64,000 nt of DNA from an uncultured Dehalococcoidia bacterium (GCA_964371095.1 CAYJMJ010000004.1:17651-81650); one strand, 5' to 3'. Positions 38,032 through 48,612 are shown, counted from the stretch's first letter. Numbers and translations: made by a program. The notes: generated by a model not told the origin, from the letters alone.

Positions 38032-39579
38032 ATGATCTTCACGAGCCCCTGGCCCAGCCTCGAACCTTACGAACCGATGTCCGTGCCGCAGCTCATCGAG
38101 GCCTCGGTCCGCCGCTGGCCGCATAAGGCCGCGTTCATGACGCCCGAGGGCCGCGCATACTCGTACACCGATTTCTGGACGGCCGTGAAGGGCACCGCGC
38201 GGGCGCTGCAGGATCACGGCATCCGCAAGGGCGACATGGTCGGCATCTACGCGCCCAACTCGATCGAGTACGGCGTCGCGCTCCACGGCGCGCTCCTCGC
38301 CGGCGCCACCGTCACGACGTTGAATCCGCTCTATCGCGAGCGGGAGGTCGAGCACCAGCTTCACGACGCGGGCGCCAAGCTCGTGTTCACGCTCGGCCCC
38401 CTCGTCCCGGTCGTCGAGGCCGCGCGCACCCACGTGCCCCAACTCGAACGCATCCTCGAGCTGGAAGGCATCTGGGACATGGCGTCTGCCGCCGCGGGCG
38501 AACCGGCGCCGGTCGCCATCGACCCCTTCAAGGACATCGCCGTCTTGCCGTACTCCAGCGGCACCACCGGCCTCCCGAAGGGCGTGATGCTCAGCCACCA
38601 GAACCTCACCGCCAACCTCCGTCAGACCGTCGCGCTCGGCATGACGAACGAGAGCGCCGTCGTGCTCGACTTCCTGCCCTTCTACCACATTTACGGGATG
38701 ATGGTGCTCCTCAATGTCGGCCTCGTCGTCGGCGCGACGCAGATCATCATCCCGCGGTTCGACCCCGAAGCCGTGCTCGAAATCCTCCAGCGTTTTCGTG
38801 TCACCGATCTTTATTGCGTGCCGCCGGCGATCCTCGCCCTCGCCAACCAGCCGCGCCTCGACGAGTACGACCTGTCCGCGGTGCGCTTCCTCATGTCCGG
38901 CGCCGCGCCGCTGCCGATCGAGGTCGGCCGGCAAGCCGCCGCGAAGCTCGGCTGCGTCGTCATGCAGGGTTACGGCATGACGGAATCCAGCCCCATCACC
39001 AACGTCAACCCGATCGCCTCCCCGCGCGAGGGCACGGTCGGGCCGGCCGTCTCCGACACCATCGAGAAGATCGTGAGCCTCGAGACCGGCGAGGAGCTGC
39101 CGGCCGGCGAAATCGGCGAGCTGCTCGTCTTCGGCCCGCAGGTCATGCAGGGATACTGGAACAACCCCGAGGCCACGGCCGAAACGCTGACGCCCGACGG
39201 CTGGTTGCGCACCGGCGACATCGCCTCGGCAGACCCCGACGGCTACATCCGCATCCACGACCGCAAGAAGGAGATGATCAAGTACAAAGGCTATCAGGTC
39301 GCACCGGCCGAGCTGGAATCCGTGCTGATGGAGCACCCCGGCGTGCGCGACGCGGCGGTCATCCCCAAGGCCGACCTCGAAGCCGGCGAGGTGCCGAAGG
39401 CGTTCGTCGTCCCGCGCGAGCCCAACCTCGACCTGCAGGCCGTGCTCGCCTTCGTGGCCGGCAAGGTCGCGCCCTACAAGAAGATCCGCGACATCGAGAT
39501 TGTCGAGGCGATCCCGAAGAATCCGTCCGGTAAGATCCTGCGCCGCCAGCTCATCGAACAGGAGCGCGCGAAGGGATAG
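38032..39579 (+). CDS. AMP-dependent acyl-CoA synthetase/ligase (4-coumarate/long-chain fatty-acid CoA ligase-like)
   Basis: AMP-binding motif YSSGTTGLPKGVMLSHQNL plus GYGMTE and the RTGD...KYKGYQVAPAELE region. Confidence 0.9.
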   Translation: MIFTSPWPSLEPYEPMSVPQLIEASVRRWPHKAAFMTPEGRAYSYTDFWTAVKGTARALQDHGIRKGDMVGIYAPNSIEYGVALHGALLAGATVTTLNPLYREREVEHQLHDAGAKLVFTLGPLVPVVEAARTHVPQLERILELEGIWDMASAAAGEPAPVAIDPFKDIAVLPYSSGTTGLPKGVMLSHQNLTANLRQTVALGMTNESAVVLDFLPFYHIYGMMVLLNVGLVVGATQIIIPRFDPEAVLEILQRFRVTDLYCVPPAILALANQPRLDEYDLSAVRFLMSGAAPLPIEVGRQAAAKLGCVVMQGYGMTESSPITNVNPIASPREGTVGPAVSDTIEKIVSLETGEELPAGEIGELLVFGPQVMQGYWNNPEATAETLTPDGWLRTGDIASADPDGYIRIHDRKKEMIKYKGYQVAPAELESVLMEHPGVRDAAVIPKADLEAGEVPKAFVVPREPNLDLQAVLAFVAGKVAPYKKIRDIEIVEAIPKNPSGKILRRQLIEQERAKG

Positions 39580-39628
39580 ACTTCACGTCAAGATCCAGGT
39601 TCTAGGTTCTCCCACCCGGAGGTGCCCG

Positions 39629-40456
39629 ATGTCTGAAGACGTACTGATCGACAAGCGCGACGACGGCGTGGCGCTGATCACGCTCAACCGGCCCGACAGC
39701 CTGAACGCGATGGGCGGCAGCCTCATGCCGATGCTCGCCGAGTACCTGCAGGACTGCTCGGCCGACCGCCGCGTGCGCGCCGTCGTGCTCACCGGCGCGG
39801 GCCGGGCGTTCTGCGCCGGCGGCGACGTCAAGGGCATGGCCGCCGGCCGCGATACGATCACCGGCAGCGACGGCGACAGGTCGCCCGCCTCCGCTTTCGC
39901 CCACGGCGTCGAGCAGCTCCGCACCGCACAGCGCTCCACGAGCTACGTCCTTCACACCATGCCCAAGCCGACGATCGCGATGGTAAACGGCCACGCTGTC
40001 GGCGCCGGCCTCAGCCTCGCGCTCGCCTGCGACATCCGCATCGCCTCCGACCGCGCGAAGCTCGGCACCGTCTTCCGCAACGTCGGCTTCAGCGGCGACT
40101 TCGGCGGATCGTACTTCCTGCAGAAGCTCGTCGGCATCGGCAAGGCGCGCGAACTCTACCTCACGGGCGAGATCCTCCTGGCCGACGCCGCACTTGCGAT
40201 CGGCATGGTCAACCGCGTGGTCGAGCACGAACGCCTCCACGAGGAGACGATGGACCTCGCGACGCAGCTCGCGTCCGGCCCGACGCTTGCTTACGCACGC
40301 ATGAAAGAGAATCTGAGCCGCGGAGAGACCTGCGACCTGCTGACGCTCCTCGACCAGGAGGCGCTCAACATGAGCCTCTCCGCGACGACGAGCGACCACC
40401 AGGAGGCGGCGCGCGCATTCGTCGAGAAGCGCCAGCCGTCGTTCAAGGGGAGCTAA
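39629..40456 (+). CDS. enoyl-CoA hydratase/isomerase
   Basis: Crotonase fold (LTGAGRAFCAGGDV...GHAVGAGLSLALACD). GGAGGTG 6 nt upstream of the ATG. Confidence 0.9.
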   Translation: MSEDVLIDKRDDGVALITLNRPDSLNAMGGSLMPMLAEYLQDCSADRRVRAVVLTGAGRAFCAGGDVKGMAAGRDTITGSDGDRSPASAFAHGVEQLRTAQRSTSYVLHTMPKPTIAMVNGHAVGAGLSLALACDIRIASDRAKLGTVFRNVGFSGDFGGSYFLQKLVGIGKARELYLTGEILLADAALAIGMVNRVVEHERLHEETMDLATQLASGPTLAYARMKENLSRGETCDLLTLLDQEALNMSLSATTSDHQEAARAFVEKRQPSFKGS

Positions 40457-40518
40457 CGTACTGACCCGGCGGATCTCACGCTGGCGTCAGCGCTGCGGCG
40501 GTGTAGAACGGGTGCTCG

Positions 40519-41337
40519 TTATCCGGCCGACGTAATCGACTCGATCCGCACGCGGAACGTGCCGGACGGCGCTTCGATTTCGACCTCTTCGCCTGCGCGG
40601 CGCTGGTACACCGCCTTGCCGACGGGCGATGCGATCGAGATCTTCCCCTGACCCGAGCGCACTTCATCCGGGTTCACGAGCGTGTAGCTCTTCGCATCGC
40701 CGGTGCGCAGATCTTTGATCGTTACCACGTCGCCTATCTGCGAGATGTCGCCCGGGTGCTCCGCGCCCTGGTCGAGCACGACGGCGTGCCGCAGCGTGCC
40801 GTCGATCTCGCGGATGCGCGCCTCCAGGTGACCCTGCTCGTTCCGCGCGGCGTCGAGCGGCGCGTTCTCGCGAAAATCCTTGTCGGCCATCGCCCGCGCC
40901 AGGTCCGCCTGGATCTCCGGACGCCGGTTCTTCAGCGCGTCCAGCTCCTGGACGAGGGCCTCGTGACCGTCTTTCGTCAGGTAGATCGGTTGGACCTCGT
41001 CCCGCTGGGCGTTCGCGCTCGATTTCGACGCCTTGCGCACACGCAGGTGCGTCCCGAGGTTCTCCGTCGTCAATCCGCGATCCTTCGCCCACTTGAGAAA
41101 CGCGCGGACGAAATCCGCGCGTTTGGCTGCATCCGATACCGTAGGGGGGAAATTCTCCGCGTACTGCGCAACTTCGTGGCCGCGCATCGTCGAAAGGTCT
41201 CGTTCGGGTCCGGCCCATCGCACGAATTTCAGCACCTCTGGCTGCGCGCCCTGCCGGATCGGCGCCTTCAGCGAGGCCAGATATATCGTCGCGACCTCCT
41301 GAAGCGTGCCCTGCACTGTCGTCGTATCACCCGCCAT
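40519..41337 (-). CDS. GreA/GreB-family transcription elongation factor homologue with extended N-terminal domain
   Basis: C-terminal FKBP-like GreA domain (IGDVVTIKDLRTGDAKSYTLVNPDE...ISIASPVGKAVYQRRAGEEVEIEAPSG) and a coiled-coil region. Start at MAGDTTT, preceded by AGGAGG. Confidence 0.7.
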   Translation of the reverse strand: MAGDTTTVQGTLQEVATIYLASLKAPIRQGAQPEVLKFVRWAGPERDLSTMRGHEVAQYAENFPPTVSDAAKRADFVRAFLKWAKDRGLTTENLGTHLRVRKASKSSANAQRDEVQPIYLTKDGHEALVQELDALKNRRPEIQADLARAMADKDFRENAPLDAARNEQGHLEARIREIDGTLRHAVVLDQGAEHPGDISQIGDVVTIKDLRTGDAKSYTLVNPDEVRSGQGKISIASPVGKAVYQRRAGEEVEIEAPSGTFRVRIESITSAG

Positions 41338-41418
41338 TGATGCCCATTCCTCCTGCCCTTCTTCCTGATTGTAGGCAGCGACCGATAAGGCGTCAAACAG
41401 CGCTGCTATCATCACGCC

Positions 41419-42132
41419 ATGCTCGACCTGCTGAAACGCGACGCGCCCACGTACGGCGTGAACCTATCCGAAGCTCAATGCGGCCAGTTCGAACGGTACC
41501 TTTCGCTGCTCACGGCGTGGTCCTCCAGGGTCAATCTCGTCGGCGACGTCAGCCCGGAAATCGTCCAGCGGCGGCACTTCCTCGAGTCGCTCGCCCTCGG
41601 CGCGGCGCTCCGCGAGCGCCAGATCCTGAGACCCGGCTCCGACGTGCTCGACGTGGGCGCCGGGGCCGGCTTTCCGGGCGTCGTCCTCAAGATCGCGTGG
41701 CCGGCGCTCCGCCTGACCCTGCTCGAGGCGACGGCGAAGAAGACCGCGTTCCTCGCAGAACTCGTGGCCGCCCTCGCGCTCGACCACACCGACGTAGTCA
41801 CCGGCCGGGCCGAGACGCTCGGCCACGAACCAGCGCTGCGCGGCCGATTCGACCTTGTGGTGGCCCGCGCCGTCGCTCCGCTGCCCGTGCTGTTGGAACT
41901 GGCGATGCCGTTCGCTCGCACGGGCGGCCGCGTCGTCACGCCCAAGGGCTCCCGTGCGGCAGCCGAGATCGCCGCTTCCGCTCACGCGCTCGAGATCCTC
42001 GGCGGCGAGGCATTCTCGCTGCCGCTGAACGTGCCCGGACCGCCCCAGACGCTCGTCATCGTCGCCAAGCGGCGCGAGACACCGCCCGGCTACCCACGCC
42101 GCCCGGGAACCCCGGCGAGGGCGCCCCTCTGA
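41419..42132 (+). CDS. rsmG: 16S rRNA (guanine527-N7)-methyltransferase
   Basis: GidB family: LDVGAGAGFPGVVLKIAWP SAM-binding motif. 237 aa. Confidence 0.85.
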   Translation: MLDLLKRDAPTYGVNLSEAQCGQFERYLSLLTAWSSRVNLVGDVSPEIVQRRHFLESLALGAALRERQILRPGSDVLDVGAGAGFPGVVLKIAWPALRLTLLEATAKKTAFLAELVAALALDHTDVVTGRAETLGHEPALRGRFDLVVARAVAPLPVLLELAMPFARTGGRVVTPKGSRAAAEIAASAHALEILGGEAFSLPLNVPGPPQTLVIVAKRRETPPGYPRRPGTPARAPL

Positions 42133-42261
42133 ATCGGCTCGTCTGGCTGCCGCCGAAGAGGGCTGGACAACTTGACTCAAGTGTTGTATGAGATAGACGC
42201 TTAATCGTTTAGGGCGAGGGCCGATGATCGCCTGCGCAGGCGGCAAGGAGGGGCAAGAACT

Positions 42262-42870
42262 ATGGCTCAGGCCGGAAATCTCGACGTCAATGCGATCGTT
42301 CAGCGGCTGCGCCGCCTGGCCACACTCGACACGAGCGTGTTCGACGAGGTCAGGGACGACGCCAGCGCCACGATCCCGGCGGCCGTCGTCGTCGTCGTAG
42401 CCACGTTCCTCACGGGCATCGGGGGCTGGCTGTGGTACCTGATGCAGGACTACAACCTCAAGGCCGGCACGTTCTTCATGAAGTCCGCGATCTTCGGGAG
42501 CGTGTTCTCGGTCGCCCTCTGGGTCGTCTGGGTCGGCGTCACCTACGTGATGCTCAGCCAGGTGTTCCGTGCGCGCGCCGACCTCAACCAGCTCATCCGC
42601 GTCATGGGATTCGCGGCCGCTCCACTCGCGCTGGGCGTGCTGCTGTTCATCCCCGGGCTCGACTACGGCATCGGCCTCACGTCTCTGGCCCTGCTGTTCG
42701 GCCTCACCACGATCGCCGTGCAGTCGGCGACCGATGCGAGCGCCGGCCGCGCCCTCGCCGCGAACGGCGCGGGGTTTGCGGTGTGGGCGATCGTCCTGCA
42801 GATGTTCGTCTCGGGCACGTACTTCTGGGACGCGTACGCGCCCGGCATCTTTGCCTTCGGTCCGCGCTGA
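42262..42870 (+). CDS. Yip1-family membrane protein
   Basis: Five transmembrane helices and a Yip1-like N-terminus. AAGGAGGGG Shine-Dalgarno. Confidence 0.7.
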   Translation: MAQAGNLDVNAIVQRLRRLATLDTSVFDEVRDDASATIPAAVVVVVATFLTGIGGWLWYLMQDYNLKAGTFFMKSAIFGSVFSVALWVVWVGVTYVMLSQVFRARADLNQLIRVMGFAAAPLALGVLLFIPGLDYGIGLTSLALLFGLTTIAVQSATDASAGRALAANGAGFAVWAIVLQMFVSGTYFWDAYAPGIFAFGPR

Positions 42871-42956
42871 GTCGACGCCGCGCTGATTGACAAGGGGGGC
42901 TCGTTCCGAGCCCCCCTTCGCCGTCTCTGGCGCACCCGGTCGATATACTCGCTGTC

Positions 42957-44219
42957 ATGGACCTGCTGACGAGTATTCGCGAGGACATGGCGCTCGAGGG
43001 AAACGTCTGGAAGTCCTACGTCTACCGCTTCCTGATGAACTTCCAGCTCTGGTGGCCGATCTGGGTCATCTACCTGCAACGCAGCCGCGGCCTCTCGCTC
43101 ACCCAGATCACGCTGCTCGACACGCCGTTCTTCCTGCTCATCGTGCTCGCCGAGGTGCCAACCGGCGCCGTCGCCGACCGCTTCGGCCGCCGCGTCTCGC
43201 TGATGATCGGCAGCGCGCTGCTCGCGGTCGCCGTGTTCGTCTTCGGTATCGCCGACAACTACGCCGTCATCCTCGTGTCGTATACGGCGTGGGGGCTGGC
43301 GCAAACGTTCCAGTCGGGCGCCGACACGGCGATCCTCTACGACAGCCTGAAGCTCGTCGGGCGAGAGGACGACTTCCAGAAGATCAACAGCCGTCTCTGG
43401 GCACTCACGTCGCTGGCCGTGCTCATCGCCATCCTCATCGGCGCGCCGATCGCGTCCGCCACCAGCCTCTCGTTCCCGATCGTTCTGAGCGCCGGTATCG
43501 CGCTGCTCGCCGTGCCCGTCGCCTTCTCGATGCATGAGCCGAAGGTCCCGCACGAGTTCCACGAGGCCTACCCGCTCATGGTCCTCAACGGCGTGCGCGA
43601 GTCGTGGCGGCAGCCGCCCGTGCGCTACATCATCCTTTTCTCCGGCATCCTGTTCGCCGCGACCTTCACGCCGCTCATCTTCCTGCAGCCGTACCTGCAC
43701 GATCACGGCGTCGGAACCGGCGACCTGGGATTCTGGCAGGCGCCCGTTCGCGCATTCGGTATCGCGTCGGCGCTGGGGGCGTACCGGTTCGTGTCGCGCA
43801 TCGGCCAGCCCGCCGCACTGCTCGCGCTGCCCGTCTCGCTGGCGATCGCGAACTTCGCGCTTGCCGGCTTCGATTCCGTCATCGTCTACGCGGCGTTCCT
43901 GCCGATGGGCATCGTCGCCGGCATGCAAAACCCGATTATCGCCACCTACGTCAACCGCCGCATCCCGAGCGAGCGCCGCGCGACGATACTCTCCGTGCAG
44001 AGCGTCGTGGGCAGCGTGCTGCTCGCGGTGTCCGAGCCGGCGGGCGGCCTGATCGCCGACCAGTTCGGGCTGCGCGCCGTGTTCCTCGCGTTCGGCGCGT
44101 TCACGACCACCGCCGGCTCCGTGGTCTTCGTTCTCTGGCTCCGCGCCGACAGCGCGGCGGGCGTCACGGACGAGGACGCGCCGCGCGAACCGGCGGCCGA
44201 ACCGGTCGGCGTCGCGTGA
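42957..44219 (+). CDS. MFS transporter
   Basis: 12 predicted transmembrane helices and MFS motif A (GAVADRFGRRVSLMIG). Confidence 0.85.
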   Translation: MDLLTSIREDMALEGNVWKSYVYRFLMNFQLWWPIWVIYLQRSRGLSLTQITLLDTPFFLLIVLAEVPTGAVADRFGRRVSLMIGSALLAVAVFVFGIADNYAVILVSYTAWGLAQTFQSGADTAILYDSLKLVGREDDFQKINSRLWALTSLAVLIAILIGAPIASATSLSFPIVLSAGIALLAVPVAFSMHEPKVPHEFHEAYPLMVLNGVRESWRQPPVRYIILFSGILFAATFTPLIFLQPYLHDHGVGTGDLGFWQAPVRAFGIASALGAYRFVSRIGQPAALLALPVSLAIANFALAGFDSVIVYAAFLPMGIVAGMQNPIIATYVNRRIPSERRATILSVQSVVGSVLLAVSEPAGGLIADQFGLRAVFLAFGAFTTTAGSVVFVLWLRADSAAGVTDEDAPREPAAEPVGVA

Positions 44220-44250
44220 TCGAGGCTCAACCCCGCCAGGACAACGTACG

Positions 44251-45183
44251 ATGATCACGGTGCTCTGCGGCGGCGTCGGCGGCTCGCGCTTCGTTCGCGC
44301 GCTCGCGTCCGCGCTGCCGCCGGAGCACCTGACCGCCATCGTTAACACCGCCGACGACGACTGGTTCCACGGCCTGTACGTTTCCCCCGACCCGGACATC
44401 GTCACCTACGCGCTCGCCGGCGAGGTCGACGAGGAGCGCGGCTGGGGCCTGCGCGGCGACACGTTCCGCTGGCTCGCGTCGCTGGAACGGTTCGGACACG
44501 ACACCTGGTTCCAGATCGGCGATCGCGATCTCGCGACGCACCTCCACCGGACGCGCCTGCTGAACGAGGGTGCGCCGCTCTCCGCCATCATGGCCGACAT
44601 CGCCCGCGCCTTCGGCGTCGACGTCCGTCTGCTGCCGATGAGCGATCAGCGTGTGCGTACCATCGTCGAGACCGACGCCGGCGATCTCGCGTTCCAGGAG
44701 TTTCTCGTCCGCCGCCACGCGCACGACGCCGTCCACGGCGTCCGGTTCGAGGGCGCGGCCCGGGCCGAGCCGGTGCCCGGCGTGCTCGACGCGATCCGCA
44801 CGTCACAAGCGATCTTCATCGCGCCGAGCAATCCCATCGGCAGCATCCGACCGATCCTCGCGGTGCCTGCGCTACGCGCGGCCGTGCTTGCTGCCCGCGT
44901 CCCGCGCATCGCCATCAGCCCGATCGTCGATGGCCGATCGCTCCAGCCGCCCGCCGGCGAGATGATGGCCGGCCTCGGCTACCCGGTCGACGTCGCCGGC
45001 GTCGCCCGCGCATACGCCGGCGTCATCGACACGCTGATCGTCGACGAGGCCGATGCCGCCCGCGCACCCGCCGTCCAGGCCGAGGGCGTGCGCTGTATCG
45101 TGGCACCCACGATCATGCGCGACGATGCCACGCGCCGCGCGCTGGCGTCGGCCGCGCTCGCGGCGGCGGGCCTCGCGCTCTGA
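44251..45183 (+). CDS. cofD: 2-phospho-L-lactate transferase (F420 biosynthesis)
   Basis: CofD/YvcK fold: ITVLCGGVGGSRF...VNTADDDWFHGLYVSPDPD...ERGWGLRGDT. Confidence 0.8.
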   Translation: MITVLCGGVGGSRFVRALASALPPEHLTAIVNTADDDWFHGLYVSPDPDIVTYALAGEVDEERGWGLRGDTFRWLASLERFGHDTWFQIGDRDLATHLHRTRLLNEGAPLSAIMADIARAFGVDVRLLPMSDQRVRTIVETDAGDLAFQEFLVRRHAHDAVHGVRFEGAARAEPVPGVLDAIRTSQAIFIAPSNPIGSIRPILAVPALRAAVLAARVPRIAISPIVDGRSLQPPAGEMMAGLGYPVDVAGVARAYAGVIDTLIVDEADAARAPAVQAEGVRCIVAPTIMRDDATRRALASAALAAAGLAL

Positions 45184-45225
45184 CTGGCGCCGGTAACAGC
45201 GCGCCCCTGCGGTAAGCTTGCTCCG

Positions 45226-46194
45226 ATGTCTCTCATCACCGCCGCCCGCGATCGATTCTTCCGGTTCGACATTGCCAGCCGCGCCGCGGTGCTCTCGTTC
45301 TCCTCGAACGCGCTGCTGATGTTGTTGAAGGTGGCCATCGGCCTGGCGTTCGGCTCTATCGCCGTGCTCGGCGATGGCGTCGACAGCGCGGAGGACGTGG
45401 TCGCCTCAGGCATCGCATTCTTCACCGTGCGGCTCGCTCTCCAGCCCGCCGACGAGGAGCACCCCTACGGTCACGGCAAGGCCGAGAGCCTCGCGGCGAT
45501 GTCACAGTCCGCCCTCATCGCCGGTGGCGCGGTGTTCGTCACGATCGCCGCCGTGCGCCGCATCATCACGCACGATGTCGCCGTCCACGTCGGCCCTTCG
45601 CTGATCGTCATGGCGTTCGCCGTCGCCGTTAACCTCGGCGTCTACGCGTATTCGATGCGCGCGGCGCGCATCAGCGGCTCCGTCGCCATCGCCGCCGACG
45701 CCAGGCACCTGCTGACCAACGTCGTGCAGGCCGGCGCGGTGATCCTGGGCCTCGCCCTCGTCGCCTTCACGAACAACCGCATCTTCGACCCGATTGTCGC
45801 GATCGTGCTCGCCGCGTATCTCCTGTGGATCGCCCTCGGCATCTTCCGCTCAGCGCTCGAGGAGTTGGTCGACACCGCGCTGCCGCCCGAGACCATCGCG
45901 CAGCTCGACGACTGCCTGGCGCACGAGAGCCACGGCATGCGCAGCTACCACGCGCTTCGCACGCGCAAGTCGGGCCGCGAGATCCACATCGACCTTCACG
46001 CGATCGTCGACCCCACGATCACCGTCAGCGAGGCGCACCGGCTCGTCGAGGATCTCGAACGGGACATCGGCGTGATCATCCCGGGCGCCATCGTCACGGT
46101 CCACCTGGATCCCGATGAGCCCGACATCATGGAGCGATGCGGTCCCAACACCACTTCCGCCGCGACGCTCGGCATTCACGTCCACCGCCACTGA
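45226..46194 (+). CDS. cation diffusion facilitator family transporter
   Basis: Six transmembrane helices, HxxxD-type metal sites (GDGVDSAED, HLLTNVVQAG) and a C-terminal cytoplasmic domain. Confidence 0.9.
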   Translation: MSLITAARDRFFRFDIASRAAVLSFSSNALLMLLKVAIGLAFGSIAVLGDGVDSAEDVVASGIAFFTVRLALQPADEEHPYGHGKAESLAAMSQSALIAGGAVFVTIAAVRRIITHDVAVHVGPSLIVMAFAVAVNLGVYAYSMRAARISGSVAIAADARHLLTNVVQAGAVILGLALVAFTNNRIFDPIVAIVLAAYLLWIALGIFRSALEELVDTALPPETIAQLDDCLAHESHGMRSYHALRTRKSGREIHIDLHAIVDPTITVSEAHRLVEDLERDIGVIIPGAIVTVHLDPDEPDIMERCGPNTTSAATLGIHVHRH

Positions 46195-46282
46195 GCGGCG
46201 TCGCGTCCGAACAACCGCAGCCCCGCCACGAAAACGGCGCCCGCGCCGCAGTCAGCGTGCCGAAGCACGGACATGAATTGCT

Positions 46283-46369
46283 CGTTGCTGACGCTCGAGT
46301 CCGATCATGCTGAGCGCGGCGAGGCATCTTCCCCCGCCGGCCAGGACCCTTCGCCCTGCTCAGCGTGAC
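46283..46369 (+). repeat. dispersed intergenic repeat, palindromic copy E (half-copy at 46283-46300 plus TCATGCTGAGCGCGGCGAGGCATCTTCCCCCGCCGGCCAGGACCCTTCGCCCTGCTCAGCGTGAC)
   Basis: Shares TCATGCTGAnCGCnGCGArGCATCTTCCCC with 32728-32756. Its termini GCTGAGCGCGGCGAGG and CCTTCGCCCTGCTCAGC form an imperfect inverted repeat. Confidence 0.65.
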
Positions 46370-46390
46370 CCGGTTCTCGACGTCCTGCTA

Positions 46391-47140
46391 CTACCCCAGC
46401 TCCCCCGCCGCCTGCAGCACGAGCGTCGCCGCCACCAGGCCCGCCGTCTCGGACCGCAGCACGCGTTCGCCCATCGTCACGATCGCCGCGCCGGCCGCCT
46501 CCGCGGCCTCGACCTCCGCCCGCTCGTAGCCACCCTCCGGCCCGATGAAGACGCTCACCTCGCCCAGCGCGAACAGCGCGTCGATCTCCGCCGCGAGCGC
46601 TGTCTGCACGTTCGGAGCCGCCTCTCCGGCTCCTTCGTACGGCACCAGGAGGATGCCCGGGGCACTCGCGAGCGCTGTCTCGAACGTCGCCGGCGCATCA
46701 ACCTCCGGCACGGCCGAGCGGCCGCACTGTTCCGCGGCCTCGATCACGATGCGCCGCCAGCGATCGGCCCGGTTCCCCTCGCCGGCCGTCTTCACGACCG
46801 CCCGCGCCGCGATCAGCGGCACGAAGCGCGAGACGCCGATCTCCGTTCCTTTCTCCAGCAGCCACTCGAAACGGTCGCCCTTCGTGATCGACTGGAAGAG
46901 ATGCACCTTCACGCGCGGCTCCGGCGGCCCCTCGCGCCGCTCGACCACGGCGCCCTCGACCGCGCGCTCGTGTACGCGATCGAGCCGCACCCGCACGTCG
47001 ATGCCACCGCCGTCAAACAGCGCGATCTCGTCGCCCGCGCGCAACCGAAGCACCTTCGTCAGGCGCCGCGCCAGCTCACCCTCGATCGTCACGGCGTCGC
47101 TCGCCAGCAGCGCCGGCTCGACGTGGAATCGCCGCGTCAT
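46391..47140 (-). CDS. rsmE: 16S rRNA (uracil1498-N3)-methyltransferase
   Basis: RsmE family: PUA-like N-terminus and a SPOUT domain (LFQSITKGDRFEWLLEKGTEIGV...IGPEGG). Confidence 0.85.
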   Translation of the reverse strand: MTRRFHVEPALLASDAVTIEGELARRLTKVLRLRAGDEIALFDGGGIDVRVRLDRVHERAVEGAVVERREGPPEPRVKVHLFQSITKGDRFEWLLEKGTEIGVSRFVPLIAARAVVKTAGEGNRADRWRRIVIEAAEQCGRSAVPEVDAPATFETALASAPGILLVPYEGAGEAAPNVQTALAAEIDALFALGEVSVFIGPEGGYERAEVEAAEAAGAAIVTMGERVLRSETAGLVAATLVLQAAGELG

Positions 47141-48036
47141 CGCCCCGCCTCGATGCATCGCCAGTCGCCCATCGCCTTCACCGACGCGATCCGGGCGCCC
47201 TCGGCCCGCAGCGCATCCGTCACACCGCGCTCCCGTTCGCCGATCACGCCCGAGACGACGAGCCGCCCGCAGGGCGCCAGCGCCGCCACAAGCTCAGCCG
47301 CATGTTCGATGATCACCCGCGCGATGATGTTTGCCACGACCACGTCGAACGCCGCTGCGGGCACGTCAAACGGCCACGCCGCGCCCATGCTGCCCTCCGC
47401 CGCCCGCACGACGTCTTCGACGCCATTCGCGCGCGCGTTCTCCTCCGTTACGCGCACGCAATTCGCATCGATGTCCACGGCGAGCACCTCGCGCGCACCG
47501 AGCTTCGCCGCGGCGATCCCGAGGATGCCGGAGCCGCAGCCGACGTCCAGTACGCGCACGCCTGGCCGTACCGCCCGTTCGAGCGCCTCGAGGCACATGC
47601 GCGTCGTTTCGTGCTGTCCCGTGCCGAACGCCATCCCCGGATCGAGCGTCAGCACGACGTCGCCCGCCCGCGGCTCGTAGACCCGCCATGACGGCACGAC
47701 GACGATCCCCTCGCCGAACCGCTCGACGTGAAAGTGCTCCTTCCACGACTCCGCCCAGTCCTCTTCCGCGACCTCGCGGGCGGATAGCCGCGCCTCGATG
47801 CCTCCCGCGGCGAACGCGGCGCGCGCCGCGTCCAGGACCTCCGGCGCGCCACCTCCATCGTGATATGAGCGAACGATGGCGTCTCCCCGGCGGTCGACTA
47901 TCGCGTCCGATTCGAGGTCCGGCTGCGTGAACGGCAACTCGATCGACACGTCGCGGCCCGTCAGGCCGCGGAGGATGTCCGCGGCGGTCTCTGTGGCGTC
48001 GGCTGCGACGGCGGCGGTGATCTCGATGTATTGCAC
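47137..48036 (-). CDS. prmA: ribosomal protein L11 methyltransferase
   Basis: PrmA signature (DPGMAFGTGQHETTRMCLE...VLDVGCGSGILGIAAAKLGA). Confidence 0.85.
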   Translation of the reverse strand: MQYIEITAAVAADATETAADILRGLTGRDVSIELPFTQPDLESDAIVDRRGDAIVRSYHDGGGAPEVLDAARAAFAAGGIEARLSAREVAEEDWAESWKEHFHVERFGEGIVVVPSWRVYEPRAGDVVLTLDPGMAFGTGQHETTRMCLEALERAVRPGVRVLDVGCGSGILGIAAAKLGAREVLAVDIDANCVRVTEENARANGVEDVVRAAEGSMGAAWPFDVPAAAFDVVVANIIARVIIEHAAELVAALAPCGRLVVSGVIGERERGVTDALRAEGARIASVKAMGDWRCIEAGR

Positions 48037-48039
48037 GGA

Positions 48040-48612
48040 CTACCGCGCGTTCGGCGCAGGGCCCGTCGATGACGGCGCACCCGCGGCGCCCGTCGGCGTC
48101 CGGCCGAGCCGCTCCTCGCGCTCCCGCTCGTACGCCGCCCACTCGACGACCAGCCGCCGATGCGCGAAATCGTAGCCGATCGAGTCGCCGATCCAGCCGC
48201 CGAGCAGCCCCGCGAATATCCGTCCGCCGACGATCAACACCGCCGTCGCCGCGGCCAGCATCCACAGCGACTGGTCGAATCGATACACCGCGATCGCCAC
48301 CAGCACGATGAACAGGATCAGGCCGAGTCCCAGGCCGGCGAACGCGAAGGAGTTGACGATCAGGCTCTCGCGCTTGCGCATCCGCCGGTAAAGGTCGAAG
48401 AAATCCGTCGGGATCTTCGCCACGGGCTCGTACTGCGACGTCGTCCTCCCGCAATGGCCGCACGCGTCGGCCTTCTTGCCCAGCGGCGTGTAGCAATACC
48501 CGCAGAAACGCCCGACGTTCGGCGCCTCGCCCTCGATCATCGCGGCCATCAGCGTGTCCAGCCGCTCTGAGAACACCGGGATGTCGGCTGGCGCCGGCCG
48601 CGTCTCGGTCAC
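48040..48612 (-). CDS. zinc-ribbon plus 2-TM membrane protein (hypothetical)
   Basis: CGYCYTP...CGHCG zinc ribbon followed by two transmembrane helices. Candidate GTG start overlaps the upstream glycosylase stop as GTGA; an alternative ATG lies at 48549. Confidence 0.55.
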   Translation of the reverse strand: MTETRPAPADIPVFSERLDTLMAAMIEGEAPNVGRFCGYCYTPLGKKADACGHCGRTTSQYEPVAKIPTDFFDLYRRMRKRESLIVNSFAFAGLGLGLILFIVLVAIAVYRFDQSLWMLAAATAVLIVGGRIFAGLLGGWIGDSIGYDFAHRRLVVEWAAYEREREERLGRTPTGAAGAPSSTGPAPNAR